A stretch of DNA of 64,000 bases from NCBI GenBank assembly GCA_963849495.1, contig CAWKHN010000015.1, positions 294,723 through 358,722 of the forward strand, given 5' to 3'. Position numbers and translations under genes: made by a program. Source of the DNA: an uncultured Chloroflexia bacterium. GTDB taxonomy: Bacteria > Chloroflexota > Limnocylindria > Limnocylindrales > CSP1-4. Below the pieces are notes generated by a model. It saw only the letters and a list, made by a program, of their open reading frames with translations, did not search any database and was not told the origin of the DNA. Below are positions 1 through 9,723 of the stretch, piece by piece (position 1 is the first letter of the stretch; each line of letters starts with the position of its first letter).

Positions 1-455
1 AACGCCATCTCGAGCGCCTCCCGCTGGAGGGGCGTGAGCTGCTCGATCGCCGCGCGAACGCCGTCGCGCCGGACGCGCATCCAGGCCTCGTGGTCAACGT
101 CGTCGGCGGCCTCCTCGAACTCGAGATCGACGTCCGCGGTCCGCTTCCGGACGTTCGCCTCGCGGCGGACGAGGTCGATCGCCTTGTGCCGCGCGAGCGA
201 GAACAGCCAGGGCGCCACCGCACCCCGAGCGGCGTCGAAGCGGGCCGCGTCCTTCCAGAGGGCGATGAACACCTCCTGGACGACATCCTGCGCGAACCGC
301 TCGGCGCGCGTGACCTGGTAGGCAAGCGAGTAGATCGGCTTGGAGTAGCGCTCGTACAGCTCCTCCACCGCCCGTTCGTCGCGCTCGACGATGCGCGCGA
401 GGAGCGCGGCGTCCTCGGCGCGACGCTGCGCCTTGGCCTCGTCCGGCTCCGGCAA
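1..455 (-). CDS. ECF-type sigma-70 family RNA polymerase sigma factor (C-terminus runs off the left window edge)
   Basis: Reverse-strand translation gives ...ERFAQDVVQEVFIALWKDAARFDAARGAVAPWLFSLARHKAIDLVRRE...IEQLTPLQREALEMA, i.e. sigma-70 region 2 and region 4 HTH. Start is TTG at 455 preceded by GGGAGGA. The ORF track does not list it because there is no stop inside the window. Confidence 0.8.
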   Translation of the reverse strand, partial: MPEPDEAKAQRRAEDAALLARIVERDERAVEELYERYSKPIYSLAYQVTRAERFAQDVVQEVFIALWKDAARFDAARGAVAPWLFSLARHKAIDLVRREANVRKRTADVDLEFEEAADDVDHEAWMRVRRDGVRAAIEQLTPLQREALEMA

Positions 456-669
456 GCGATCCTCCCTGGCAGCCGGCACGCCCGACGTGGGCACGCCACT
501 CGACCTGCCGTCATCGAAGTCCGCAGGTCTCGCTCCGCGATCATACCCACGGGGAGGGAGCGAGAGGGGCACATGCGGCGTGGGGAGCGCGAATGTCAGG
601 CTGTCCATCGCCCTTGGGTTCGCGCCAGCCGATCGCCCGGATGGGCTCGGGCCGGGTACGATCGGGGCC

Positions 670-1818
670 ATGTTCGGAATGCTGCACGGCGGTCTGCCGC
701 GAATCACGCAGGATGGGGTCGATCTCGACGCGCTCGAGGCGGCCGTGAAGGCGGGCACGACCTCCGCGGAGGCGCTGCACGAGGCGATCGACCGGCTGGT
801 CGCCGAGGTCGTGGCGGCCCAGGTGGACGCCAGCTTGGAGCTCGTCACCGACGGGCAGGTGCGCTGGCCTGATCTCGCGGCCGCCGTGCTGGCAGAGCTT
901 GGGGGGGCGGCGGATACCTCGACGCCGGCGCCGGCATCCGATCCTGGGCCCGCTCCGGCGCCCGCTTCGACGCCCGATCCGGCATCGCCGGCCGATCCAG
1001 CGTCCGCTTCGGCGCCCTCGCCCGCTGAGACGCCCGCCCCCGCGTCGACGCCCGGCGCGTTCCTCGTGGACGCCTGGCGTGCGGCGTCGGCGCTCACCGA
1101 CCACCCCGTTGCCCAGGCCGTGCCGGGCCCGTACTCGCTCGGCCGCCGGAACACAGGCGCGTCCGCCGCACGGCGCCGGGCGCGCACCATGGCCCTCGCG
1201 GACGCGCTGGCCGTCGTGCTCCGCGCGCTCGCCGATGCTGGCTGCCCCATCGTCGTCGTCGAGGAGCCGGCCGCTATCCGGATCGGCACCACCACCGGCG
1301 AGCGCCGCCTGTTCGCCGATGCACATCGCCGGCTGCTCGAGGGGGTCCCGGACCTGCACGCGATGCTTGCGATCTCCGGCGGATCGGCTGCGGACGCCGG
1401 ACCGGAGACCATCTTCGCGGCGCCGTACCGCTCCCACCTGTTCGACCTGATCGCCGGCCCGGACGACTGGAACCTGGTGCGCGCGGCGCCGCCCGATCGG
1501 GGGATCGTCTGCGCCGTGCTGCGCGCGGGCCCCGGCCCGTCCGACGACCAGGCACCGATCCTGGTCTGGGCGGCACAGTACGCGGCGTCCACCGGCTCCC
1601 GCGGCCTCGCACGGGTGGGGCTCGCCAACTCGACCCCGCTCCGCGGCCTGTCCGCCGCCGATGCGCTGACCGCCGCACAGGCCCTCGGCCGAGCCGCCGG
1701 CCTGGCCGCCATGACCCCCGAGGACGCCGTCGCCGCCGGCCTTGACGCCCGCACCTTCGCAAACCGGCCGAGGCCACGGCGCCCCGCGCGCCCGACGCCG
1801 CCTCCCCCCGAGGGTTGA
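670..1818 (+). CDS. hypothetical protein, possible UroD/MetE-like (cobalamin-independent methionine synthase C-terminal-like) fold with a Pro/Ala/Ser-rich low-complexity insert
   Basis: ORF 391..1818. The segment CPIVVVEEPAAIR resembles the IQxDEPA motif of the Meth_synt_2 family; the zinc ligands are not obviously conserved. In-frame ATG at 670. The start is uncertain. Confidence 0.35.
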   Translation: MFGMLHGGLPRITQDGVDLDALEAAVKAGTTSAEALHEAIDRLVAEVVAAQVDASLELVTDGQVRWPDLAAAVLAELGGAADTSTPAPASDPGPAPAPASTPDPASPADPASASAPSPAETPAPASTPGAFLVDAWRAASALTDHPVAQAVPGPYSLGRRNTGASAARRRARTMALADALAVVLRALADAGCPIVVVEEPAAIRIGTTTGERRLFADAHRRLLEGVPDLHAMLAISGGSAADAGPETIFAAPYRSHLFDLIAGPDDWNLVRAAPPDRGIVCAVLRAGPGPSDDQAPILVWAAQYAASTGSRGLARVGLANSTPLRGLSAADALTAAQALGRAAGLAAMTPEDAVAAGLDARTFANRPRPRRPARPTPPPPEG

Positions 1819-1870
1819 TCCGCCGCCGTCCGCTCCGGCCGGCGCCACCCACCAGCACGCGAGGATTGCC

Positions 1871-3127
1871 GTGACCACGTCCTTCTGGCATGGATTTGCC
1901 GACATGCACACCGTCAAGGACGCCGAGGTGGTGATCCGCGACGGCGACGGCGTGTGGGTCACCGACGTCGACGGGCGCCGCTATCTCGATGCGACCGCCG
2001 GGCTCTGGTACGCCAATGTCGGCTTCGGGCGCGGCGAGATCGCCGATGCGGTGGCGGCGCAGCTGCGGCGGCTGTCGGCGTATTCCTCGTTCGGCGGCTA
2101 CACGACGGAGCCGACGGTGCAGCTGGCGGCCCGCCTGGCCGCGATGGCGCCGATCGACGACGCCGTCGTCTTCTTCACCTCCGGTGGCTCGGAATCCATC
2201 GACACGGCTGCCAAGCTCGCGCGCCGGTACTGGGACGTCGTCGGCCGGCCCGAGAAGCGCGTCATCGTGTCGCGCCAGCACAGCTACCACGGCATGGCCG
2301 CCTTCGGGACCTCGCTCGGCGGCATCCCGATCAACGAGGCGGGCTACGGCCCGCTGGTCGGCGACATCGTCCACGTCGGCGTGCACGACGTGGCGGCGAT
2401 CGAGGCCCTGTTCGAGGCGCGGGCAGGCGAGATCGCGGCCTTCATCGCGGAGCCGGTGATCGGCGCGGGCGGCGTGATCCCGCCCAGGGACGGGTACTTC
2501 GCCCGCGTCCAGGAGCTGTGCCGCCGGCACGACATCCTGCTCATCGTCGATGAGGTCATCACCGGGTTCGGACGGACCGGATCCTGGTGGGGGAGCCAGC
2601 GCTATGGGATCCAGCCGGACCTCATCACGTTCGCCAAAGGCGTGACGTCGGGGTACGTGCCGCTGGGCGGCGTGATCGTGGGTCCACGGGTCCGCGCCCC
2701 GTTCTGGGACGACCCGATCCCCGGCGCCATCTTCCGGCACGGCTACACCTACTCCGGCCATGCCGGCGCGTGCGCGGCCGCGATGGCCAACCTCGACATC
2801 CTCGAGCGCGAGGATCTCGTCGGCCGGGTCCGCACCCTGGAACCGGTCCTGGCGGCGGCCCTCGGCCGGCTGGCCGACGCGCCGCTCGTCGGTGAGGTGC
2901 GGACCGTCGGTCTGACCGGCGCCGTCCAGCTCGCCGACGAGGTGCAGGCGGCAAACCCCGGAGCGATCGAGGCGGTCGTTGCCGCGGCTCGCCGCCACGG
3001 CGTCCTCACGCGAGCCGTCCGCGGCGGCGCCCTGCAGGTGTCGCCGGCGTTCGTCATCACGGAGGCCGAGATCTCGACCCTCGCGGATGGCTTCGAGGCC
3101 GCCCTGCGGGAGGTCGCGGCACGCTGA
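1871..3127 (+). CDS. class III (omega) aminotransferase, PLP-dependent
   Basis: ORF 1742..3127 with GTG at 1871 after a GAGGA. The product has the motif layout of aspartate-aminotransferase-fold class III enzymes (LIVDEVITGFGRTGSWWG, TFAKGVTSGYVPLG). Confidence 0.85.
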   Translation: MTTSFWHGFADMHTVKDAEVVIRDGDGVWVTDVDGRRYLDATAGLWYANVGFGRGEIADAVAAQLRRLSAYSSFGGYTTEPTVQLAARLAAMAPIDDAVVFFTSGGSESIDTAAKLARRYWDVVGRPEKRVIVSRQHSYHGMAAFGTSLGGIPINEAGYGPLVGDIVHVGVHDVAAIEALFEARAGEIAAFIAEPVIGAGGVIPPRDGYFARVQELCRRHDILLIVDEVITGFGRTGSWWGSQRYGIQPDLITFAKGVTSGYVPLGGVIVGPRVRAPFWDDPIPGAIFRHGYTYSGHAGACAAAMANLDILEREDLVGRVRTLEPVLAAALGRLADAPLVGEVRTVGLTGAVQLADEVQAANPGAIEAVVAAARRHGVLTRAVRGGALQVSPAFVITEAEISTLADGFEAALREVAAR

Positions 3128-3200
3128 GCCGGGCCGCGGCATCGGCGTAATCCCGATACGCGGGCAGGGACCGACGCCCCTCGCCGACCGTCGCCGACCG

Positions 3201-3315
3201 TGACCCATCAATGTGTCATGGCACGGATCCCCGAGTTCCGGTGGAACCCCGGACTGCGACTTCGTGCCCCGAGCCGAGCGTGGACCGAGTCGCGTTGACA
3301 CCCGTGCGAGTCAGG
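3201..3315. mobile_element. MITE-like element copy 1 (~110 bp) with terminal inverted repeats ATGTGTCA...TGACAC
   Basis: tgacccatcaATGTGTCAtggcacgg...gagccgagcgtggaccgagtcgcgtTGACACccgtgcgagtcaggg. It is homologous over its whole length to 4415..4529. Confidence 0.55.
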
Positions 3316-3324
3316 GCGGCGGGC

Positions 3325-3432
3325 AGCGCCGGGCGCAATCGCGTGGTCAGGGCGACGCGTAGCGCCGGCCGTCATCGCGTGGTCAGCGCGTCGCGCAAAG
3401 CCGGCCGTCATCGGGTGGTTGGCCGGCGCAGC
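3325..3432. repeat. three tandem ~36-38-bp repeats (agcgccggccgtcatcgcgtggtcag...), the last overlapping the 3' end of the XRE gene
   Basis: Direct reading of three consecutive similar units. Confidence 0.7.
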
Positions 3433-4229
3433 AGGCGAGCGGCCGCATCGGCGTAGTCCTCGTAGGCAGCAGCTCGGCGACGAGATCCGAGCAGCGTCGG
3501 CCGCAGCCAGGCGGCGCCACGCTGGGCGGCGTCGACCATTCCCAGCGCCCAGCCAGTCGGCGGTTCCCGAGCGGGATCGGAGAGCCAGGCAGCGACATCG
3601 CCGATTCCGGCAGGGAATGCGCGGACGACGAGATCGCGGTTGTCGGCAAGCCGGTGTCCCAGCGCGACGCTGTCCAATGCGGCGACGAGCACGGCGGATC
3701 GCCGCGGGCTCCAGCCAAGGCGGCGCGCCGCCGTCCATGCCTCTCGCTCGTAGAATGCGACGCTCCGCTGCAGGGCTCCGAAGTCCGGGATCTCCGTCTT
3801 GGTTTCCTCGACCAGGAGCGCGGCATCGGCGGCCCTGAAAGCCAGCAGATCGATCCAGCCACGCGGCGGGTCGTCGCCGAGCGGGACCTCTGTGACCGTC
3901 CGCCATCCGGTCCGCTCGAGCCTGCGGGCGACATATCCAGTCAGCCGGGCGTGGACAGCGTCGCGCTGACGGTATCGATCCGCCAGGTGGCGCGCATCGA
4001 GCTGCAGCGAGGCCCTGATCCCGAGCGCCGCCAGCACCCGCTCCACGGCGAGCAGGTCGAGATGACGTGCGGCGCCCGTCTCGACCCGCCAGATGGTCGC
4101 CTGGGAGGTGCGAGCACGATCCGCGAGCTCCCGCTGCGACCAGCCGATGAGCTGCCGGGCCTCGCGGCCGACGTCCGCCAGATGGGGGGCGAACGCGCGG
4201 CGGCCGAGGTCGATGACTGAAGTTGGCAC
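3408..4229 (-). CDS. XRE-family HTH DNA-binding protein with a C-terminal putative PD-(D/E)XK nuclease-like domain
   Basis: ORF 3408..4718 -. A GTG at 4229 gives VPTSVIDLGRRAFAPHLADVGREARQLIGWSQRELADRARTSQATIWRVETG..., a helix-turn-helix. Downstream, WIDLLAF ... LLVEETKTE matches a D...(D/E)xK pattern. The extended N-terminus in the track is a low-complexity GC artefact. Confidence 0.7.
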   Translation of the reverse strand: MPTSVIDLGRRAFAPHLADVGREARQLIGWSQRELADRARTSQATIWRVETGAARHLDLLAVERVLAALGIRASLQLDARHLADRYRQRDAVHARLTGYVARRLERTGWRTVTEVPLGDDPPRGWIDLLAFRAADAALLVEETKTEIPDFGALQRSVAFYEREAWTAARRLGWSPRRSAVLVAALDSVALGHRLADNRDLVVRAFPAGIGDVAAWLSDPAREPPTGWALGMVDAAQRGAAWLRPTLLGSRRRAAAYEDYADAAARLLRRPTTR

Positions 4230-4295
4230 AGCGCGTGGATACACGAGAACGCTTGTCGGTCCCTTATCCCGGATGGGCGAAACGGGCCACTTTGC

Positions 4296-4420
4296 CGGTC
4301 GTGCCCGGGGTGCACGTGCCGGTCGTGCCGGTCGTGCCGGGGGCTCGTGCCGCCGGTCGTGCCAGGGGCGCTCGTGCCATGGGGCGCTCGTGCCAGGGGC
4401 GCTCGTGCCGGTCGTGACCC
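4296..4420. repeat. iteron-like array: about 10 copies of TCGTGCC(G/A)G in two sub-periodicities directly upstream of the XRE gene
   Basis: ggtcgtgcccgggg tgcacgtgccgg tcgtgccgg tcgtgccggggg ctcgtgccgcc ggtcgtgccagggg cgctcgtgccatgggg cgctcgtgccagggg cgctcgtgccgg tcgtgaccc. Confidence 0.7.
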
Positions 4421-4529
4421 AGATATGTGTCACCAGGCTGGTGTCGCAGCGTGGCTGGAGGTCCGGACGACGACTTCGAGCCCCCAGCCGAGCGTGGGCC
4501 ATGTCTCGATGACACATAGTCGAGTCAGG
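4415..4529. mobile_element. MITE-like element copy 2 with perfect 8-bp terminal inverted repeats ATGTGTCA / TGACACAT
   Basis: tgacccagatATGTGTCAccaggctgg...cagccgagcgtgggccatgtctcgaTGACACATagtcgagtcagg. Same orientation as copy 1. Confidence 0.6.
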
Positions 4530-4798
4530 AAGGGGCCGGAACCCGGGGCGCCGCTCCCGGCGCCCCGGCCGGCGCCCCGGGGCCGCCGCCGCACCACGGC
4601 CACCCGGGTCCCGGCGCCCCGCCACGCCCCCGGCCCCGCGCCGCGCCAGCTGAGCCGCCCCCCGCCGGCGCAACCCGCGGGAGACCCGGTTGCGTCCTCG
4701 GCGCGACGGTGCCACCATCCGGTTTCGTGCCGCGCCGGACCGGACCGGCGCCGCCTCCCAGCGTCGCCACCCCCTCGAAGGGGAAGGAGGTCGTCCCG

Positions 4799-5299
<501 letters not shown>

Positions 5300-5309
5300 G
5301 GAGGACGAC

Positions 5310-7712
5310 GTGACCACCGACGTCCTGGGCACCCCGGTCAAGCGGGTCGAGGACCCGCGCTTCATCAAGGGCGAGGGCCGCTACCTCGACGACATCACGC
5401 TGCAGGGCATGGTCCACATGGCCATCCTGCGCAGCCCCTACGCCAACGCCAACATCAGGTCGATCGACACCAGCGCTGCGAAGTCCGCCCCCGGCGTCCT
5501 CGCGGTCATCGTTGGCGCCGACATCCCGTACAACCCGCTGCCGATGGCCTGGCCCGCCGGCGGCGCGAGCGGCATCACCAACAACGTGAACTCGCCCCGC
5601 GTGCTCGCGACGGACGACGTCAAGTGGACCGGCGAGGGCGTCGCTGCAGTCGTCGCGGAGACGGCGGCCCAGGCGGTCGATGCCGTGGAGCTGATCCGGG
5701 TCGACTGGGAGCCGCTGCCCGCCGTCGTGGATGCGGAGAAGGCGACCCAGCCGGGTGCGCCCCAGCTCCACGAGAACGCCCCCAACAACATCGTGTTCGA
5801 GTGGGCCGTGGGCGACAAGGCCGGCACGGACCAGGCCTTCGCGAACGCCGAGGTCATCGTCCGGCAGCGCCTCGTCAACCAGCGCCTGATCCCGAACCCG
5901 ATGGAGGTCCGGGGCGACATCGGCTGGTACAACCCTGGCACCGACGAGTACACGATCTGGATGTCGAGCCAGACGCCGCACATCCAGCGCCTGCTGCTGT
6001 CGGCCTTCGTGATGGGCATCCCCGAGCACAAGATCCGGTGCATCAGCCCTGACGTGGGCGGAGCCTTCGGGACCAAGATCTTCACCTACGCCGACATGCC
6101 GCTCGTGCTGTTCGCGAGCAAGCTCATCGGCGGCCGGCCCGTCAAGTGGGTCGAGACCCGCCGCGAGAACTACCAGAGCACGATCCACGGCCGGGACCAC
6201 ATCACCTACGTGGAGGTTGCGGCCACCAAGGCGGGCGACGTGACCGGCCTGCGCGTCAAGACGTACGCCAACCTCGGCGGGCGCCTGTCGACGATCGGAC
6301 CCGGCATCCCGACGACGCTCTACGGCCGGATCCTGTCCGGGCCCTACAAGATTCCCAACGTCCACTGCGAGGTTACCGGCGTCTACACCAACACCACCTT
6401 CGTCGACGCGTATCGCGGTGCGGGCCGCCCCGAGGCGACCTACGTCGTGGAGCGGGCGATGGACCTCCTGGCCGACGAGCTGGCCATGGACCCGGCCGAG
6501 GTGCGCCGCCGCAACTTCCTGCCCCCGGACAGCTTCCCGTACGACAACCCGTCAGGGCTGCTGACCGCGGTCAACGGCAGCAAGCTGTACATCGACTCCG
6601 GCAACTACGAGCCGGCGATGGACAAGGCGCTGGGCATGGCCGGCTACGCCGACATGGCCGCGAAGAAGGCCGAGGCGAAGACCCGCGGCAAGCTCCTCGG
6701 CGTCGGCCTGTCCACCTACATCGAGGTGTGCGGCGTCGCCCCCTCCAAGTGGATCGGCGCCGTCGGCGAGGGCTGGGGCGCCGCGATGTGGGAGTCGGCC
6801 AACATCAAGGTCCACCTCACCGGCAAGGTCGTCATCACCGTCGGCACCCAGCCCCAGGGCCAGGGCCACGAGACGACCTACGCCCAGATCATCAGCCACG
6901 AGCTGGGTGTCCCCATGGACGACATCGTCGTCCAGCACTCGGACACCCAGGGCACGCCGTTCGGCTACGGCTCGTACGGCAGCCGGACCTCGAACGTGGG
7001 CACCGGTGCCGCGATCAAGGCGGCCGCCAAGATCCGCGACAAGGCGAAGCGCTACGCGGCCCACATGCTCGAGGCCAACCCCGAGGACATCGAGGTCGAC
7101 GGCGCGAGCTACCGGGTCAAGGGCTCGCCCGACAAGGTCAAGACGATCCAGGAGATCGCGTTCGCCCTGGATCTCGCGTTCGATACCCCCGCAGGCATGG
7201 AGCCGTACCTCGACGAGACGGCCTACCACGACACCCCGAACTGCACGTTCCCGTTCGGCACGCACATCGCGCTGGTCGAGATCGACCAGGAGACCGGCGT
7301 CGTGGACCTCGTCCGCTACGTCGCGGTGGACGATGTCGGCAAGAAGATCAACCCCATGATCGTGGACGGCCAGCTCCACGGCGGCATCGCCCAGGGCATC
7401 GGCCAGGCGCTGTGGGAGGGCGCCGTGTACGGCGATGACGGCCAGCTGCTCAGTGGCTCGATGCTGGACTACGCGCTGCCGCGGGCGTCGTGGCTGCCGG
7501 CCTTCGAGCTGGACGAGACGGTGACCCCGTCGCCGGTCAACCCGCTGGGCGTCAAGGGCGTCGGCGAGGCCGGCTGCATCGCGAGCACCGCCGCGGTCTC
7601 CAACGCCGTCATCGACGCGCTGGGGCCGCTGGGCATCCACCACCTCGACATGCCATACACCGCACAGAAGGTGTGGGGCGCCATCCAGGGCGCGAAGGGA
7701 GGTCAGGCATGA
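5310..7712 (+). CDS. coxL: molybdopterin-binding large subunit of a form-II-type CO dehydrogenase-like enzyme
   Basis: 800 aa. Active-site loop [12 protein letters not shown] (AYRGAGR is the form II / putative-CODH signature). GTG start after GAGGAGGA. Confidence 0.9.
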   Translation: MTTDVLGTPVKRVEDPRFIKGEGRYLDDITLQGMVHMAILRSPYANANIRSIDTSAAKSAPGVLAVIVGADIPYNPLPMAWPAGGASGITNNVNSPRVLATDDVKWTGEGVAAVVAETAAQAVDAVELIRVDWEPLPAVVDAEKATQPGAPQLHENAPNNIVFEWAVGDKAGTDQAFANAEVIVRQRLVNQRLIPNPMEVRGDIGWYNPGTDEYTIWMSSQTPHIQRLLLSAFVMGIPEHKIRCISPDVGGAFGTKIFTYADMPLVLFASKLIGGRPVKWVETRRENYQSTIHGRDHITYVEVAATKAGDVTGLRVKTYANLGGRLSTIGPGIPTTLYGRILSGPYKIPNVHCEVTGVYTNTTFVDAYRGAGRPEATYVVERAMDLLADELAMDPAEVRRRNFLPPDSFPYDNPSGLLTAVNGSKLYIDSGNYEPAMDKALGMAGYADMAAKKAEAKTRGKLLGVGLSTYIEVCGVAPSKWIGAVGEGWGAAMWESANIKVHLTGKVVITVGTQPQGQGHETTYAQIISHELGVPMDDIVVQHSDTQGTPFGYGSYGSRTSNVGTGAAIKAAAKIRDKAKRYAAHMLEANPEDIEVDGASYRVKGSPDKVKTIQEIAFALDLAFDTPAGMEPYLDETAYHDTPNCTFPFGTHIALVEIDQETGVVDLVRYVAVDDVGKKINPMIVDGQLHGGIAQGIGQALWEGAVYGDDGQLLSGSMLDYALPRASWLPAFELDETVTPSPVNPLGVKGVGEAGCIASTAAVSNAVIDALGPLGIHHLDMPYTAQKVWGAIQGAKGGQA

Positions 7713-8569
7713 TCCCGGCGGCCTTCGGGTACACCCGCGCCGACAGCGTCGACGACGCGCTCCGCATCCTCGCCTCGGACGAGGGGGCCAAGGTCATCGC
7801 CGGCGGGCAGAGCATCCTGCCCTTGATGAAGCTCCGCCTGGCGAGGGCGGAGACGCTCGTGGACATCGGCCGGCTGGGCGAGCTGCGGGGCGTCGAGCGG
7901 CTCGAGGACGGCCGGCTGGCGGTCGGCGCGCTGACGACGTACGCGGAGCTCATGGACTCCCGGGCGATCCACTACGGCGTGCTGAAGGACGCGCTGCCCA
8001 CCATCGGCGACGTCCAGGTCCGCAACCGCGGCACCGTCGGCGGCGCCGTCGCGCACGCGGACCCGGCCTCGGACCTGCCGGCGGCGCTGCTCGCGCTCGA
8101 TGCCGAGATCGTCGTCCAGTCCGCAGCCGGCACGCGGGTGCTCAAGGCCGATGGCTTCTTCGAGGGCGCGTTCACGACGGGCCTCCGGCACGACGAGCTG
8201 GTCACCCAGGTCCGCCTGCCCGCACCTCTCGACAACGCCGGATCCGCCTATGCCTCGCTCGAGCAGCCGGCCTCCGGCTACGCGATGGTGGGCGTGGCGG
8301 CCGTCGTGATCGTGGGCCCGGGCAACGTGATCGAATGGGCCGGCATCGGCGTGACCGGTGTCTCGGACCACCCGTACCGGGCGACCGAGGTCGAGGAGGC
8401 GCTCGTCGGCAGCGACGGCTCTGCCCCGGCCGTTGCCGCCGCCGCGGCGAAGGTCGTCGGCTCGCGTTCGGTCAACGGCGACATCCACGCCAACCCCGAG
8501 TACCGCGCCGCCATGGCGGTCGTGTACACGCGGCGGGCCATCGAGGCGGCGCTGGCCCGCGTGGGCTGA
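7709..8569 (+). CDS. coxM: CO dehydrogenase medium (FAD-binding) subunit
   Basis: ORF 7490..8569. ATG at 7709 overlaps the coxL stop (ATGA). [21 protein letters not shown]...[15 protein letters not shown] matches the FAD_binding_5 / CO_deh_flav_C layout. Confidence 0.9.
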   Translation: MIPAAFGYTRADSVDDALRILASDEGAKVIAGGQSILPLMKLRLARAETLVDIGRLGELRGVERLEDGRLAVGALTTYAELMDSRAIHYGVLKDALPTIGDVQVRNRGTVGGAVAHADPASDLPAALLALDAEIVVQSAAGTRVLKADGFFEGAFTTGLRHDELVTQVRLPAPLDNAGSAYASLEQPASGYAMVGVAAVVIVGPGNVIEWAGIGVTGVSDHPYRATEVEEALVGSDGSAPAVAAAAAKVVGSRSVNGDIHANPEYRAAMAVVYTRRAIEAALARVG

Positions 8570-8593
8570 CGGCGCGGCGATTCGGAACAGGCG

Positions 8594-9673
8594 GTGCGGC
8601 TCGAGCGAATCGTTCCCGGCCGCCGCGCGCCGGACGGTCTCGTGGGTGCCGTGCTCACCCGCGACCTGTCGGTCGCGGGTGCCCGCTGGTCGAAGGGTCG
8701 GCGGCTGTCCGCGGCCGACCTGGCGGCCTTCGCCGACCTGCCCGACGGTCCGCCGGGGATCACCGGGACCACGGGGATCACGGTCCTGGTCCCGGAGCCC
8801 GTCGACGTCCACGAGGATGACGCCGGTCTCCGGCTCGCCGCGGCGGTCTCCGGCGGCGACCCCGGCCTGACCCCGCGCGGCCCCGTCCAGTCCCGCGTCG
8901 ACCTCGTCGCGGCCGTGCCGGGTGTCGTGGCCGTGCGCGTGGCAGCGCTCGAGCGCGTCAACCGGATCGACCCGCTCGAAGTGTTCACGGTGTTCGATGG
9001 CCAGGTGGTCGGGCCCGGCGACCTCGTCGCGAGCGTCAAGATCGGGCCGCACCTCGTCCGCGAGGAGGTTCTGGCGGCGGGGGAGGGGATCCTGCGGCGG
9101 GGTGGCCCGCTCGTCCGCGTCCGGCCGTTCCGGCCGGTCCGGATCGCCGTGCTGGTCGCGGAGCGCATCGGCGGCGCGGCGAGGGAGCGGTTCGAGGCCT
9201 CGGTGCGGGCCAAGGCCGCGGGCCTGGGGGCGGTCCTCGCGACCATCGACTACGTGCCCGACGATGCCGCGGCCGTGACCGCGGCGCTGGCAACGGCCGT
9301 GGGGAGCGTCCGGCAAAGCGGGCACGCTGCCCGGATCGTGCTCACCGCGGGCGGTGGCAGCACCGATCCGGCCGACCCCTTCTTCGCGGCGGTCGAGGCG
9401 CTGGGCGGCCGGATCGTGCGCCACGGCGTCCCGGCCCACCCGGGGTCGATGCTCTGGCTGGGCCGCGTCGGCCGGGCCGCGATCGTCGGCCTGCCCAGCT
9501 GCGGCGCGTTCTCGAAGGCGACCGCCGCGGACCTGCTCCTGCCGCGCCTCGTTGCCGGAGAGCCCGCGAGCGCGGTCACGGTCGCGCGCCTCGGTCACGG
9601 CGGGATCCTCACCCGCAGCCAGCGCTTCCGGTTCCCGGCCTACGCGCGGGAGCTCGACGCCCCCGACGGCTGA
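8594..9673 (+). CDS. molybdopterin-binding (MoCF-biosynthesis / MoeA-CinA-like) domain protein, cox accessory
   Basis: The C-terminal half (LTAGGGSTDPADPFF...HGVPAHPGSMLWLG...GLPSC) resembles the MoCF_biosynth fold. Placement is between coxM and coxD. Confidence 0.5.
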   Translation: MRLERIVPGRRAPDGLVGAVLTRDLSVAGARWSKGRRLSAADLAAFADLPDGPPGITGTTGITVLVPEPVDVHEDDAGLRLAAAVSGGDPGLTPRGPVQSRVDLVAAVPGVVAVRVAALERVNRIDPLEVFTVFDGQVVGPGDLVASVKIGPHLVREEVLAAGEGILRRGGPLVRVRPFRPVRIAVLVAERIGGAARERFEASVRAKAAGLGAVLATIDYVPDDAAAVTAALATAVGSVRQSGHAARIVLTAGGGSTDPADPFFAAVEALGGRIVRHGVPAHPGSMLWLGRVGRAAIVGLPSCGAFSKATAADLLLPRLVAGEPASAVTVARLGHGGILTRSQRFRFPAYARELDAPDG

Positions 9674-9723
9674 TTCGTCCCCGGCGCCGTGCCGCCGGCC
9701 GCCCTGCTGCCGCGACACGCGTT

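Noticed and set aside
541-3301. Long minus-strand ORFs 541..1962 and 1274..3301 (473 and 675 aa)
   Set aside because: They are antisense to the MetE-like and aminotransferase genes. Their proteins are Arg/Gly/Pro-rich low-complexity, typical of GC-rich frame artefacts.
4296-4420. Possible CRISPR array
   Set aside because: Units are only 9-16 bp, contiguous with no spacers, and no cas genes are present. It is a simple tandem array (iteron-like), not CRISPR.
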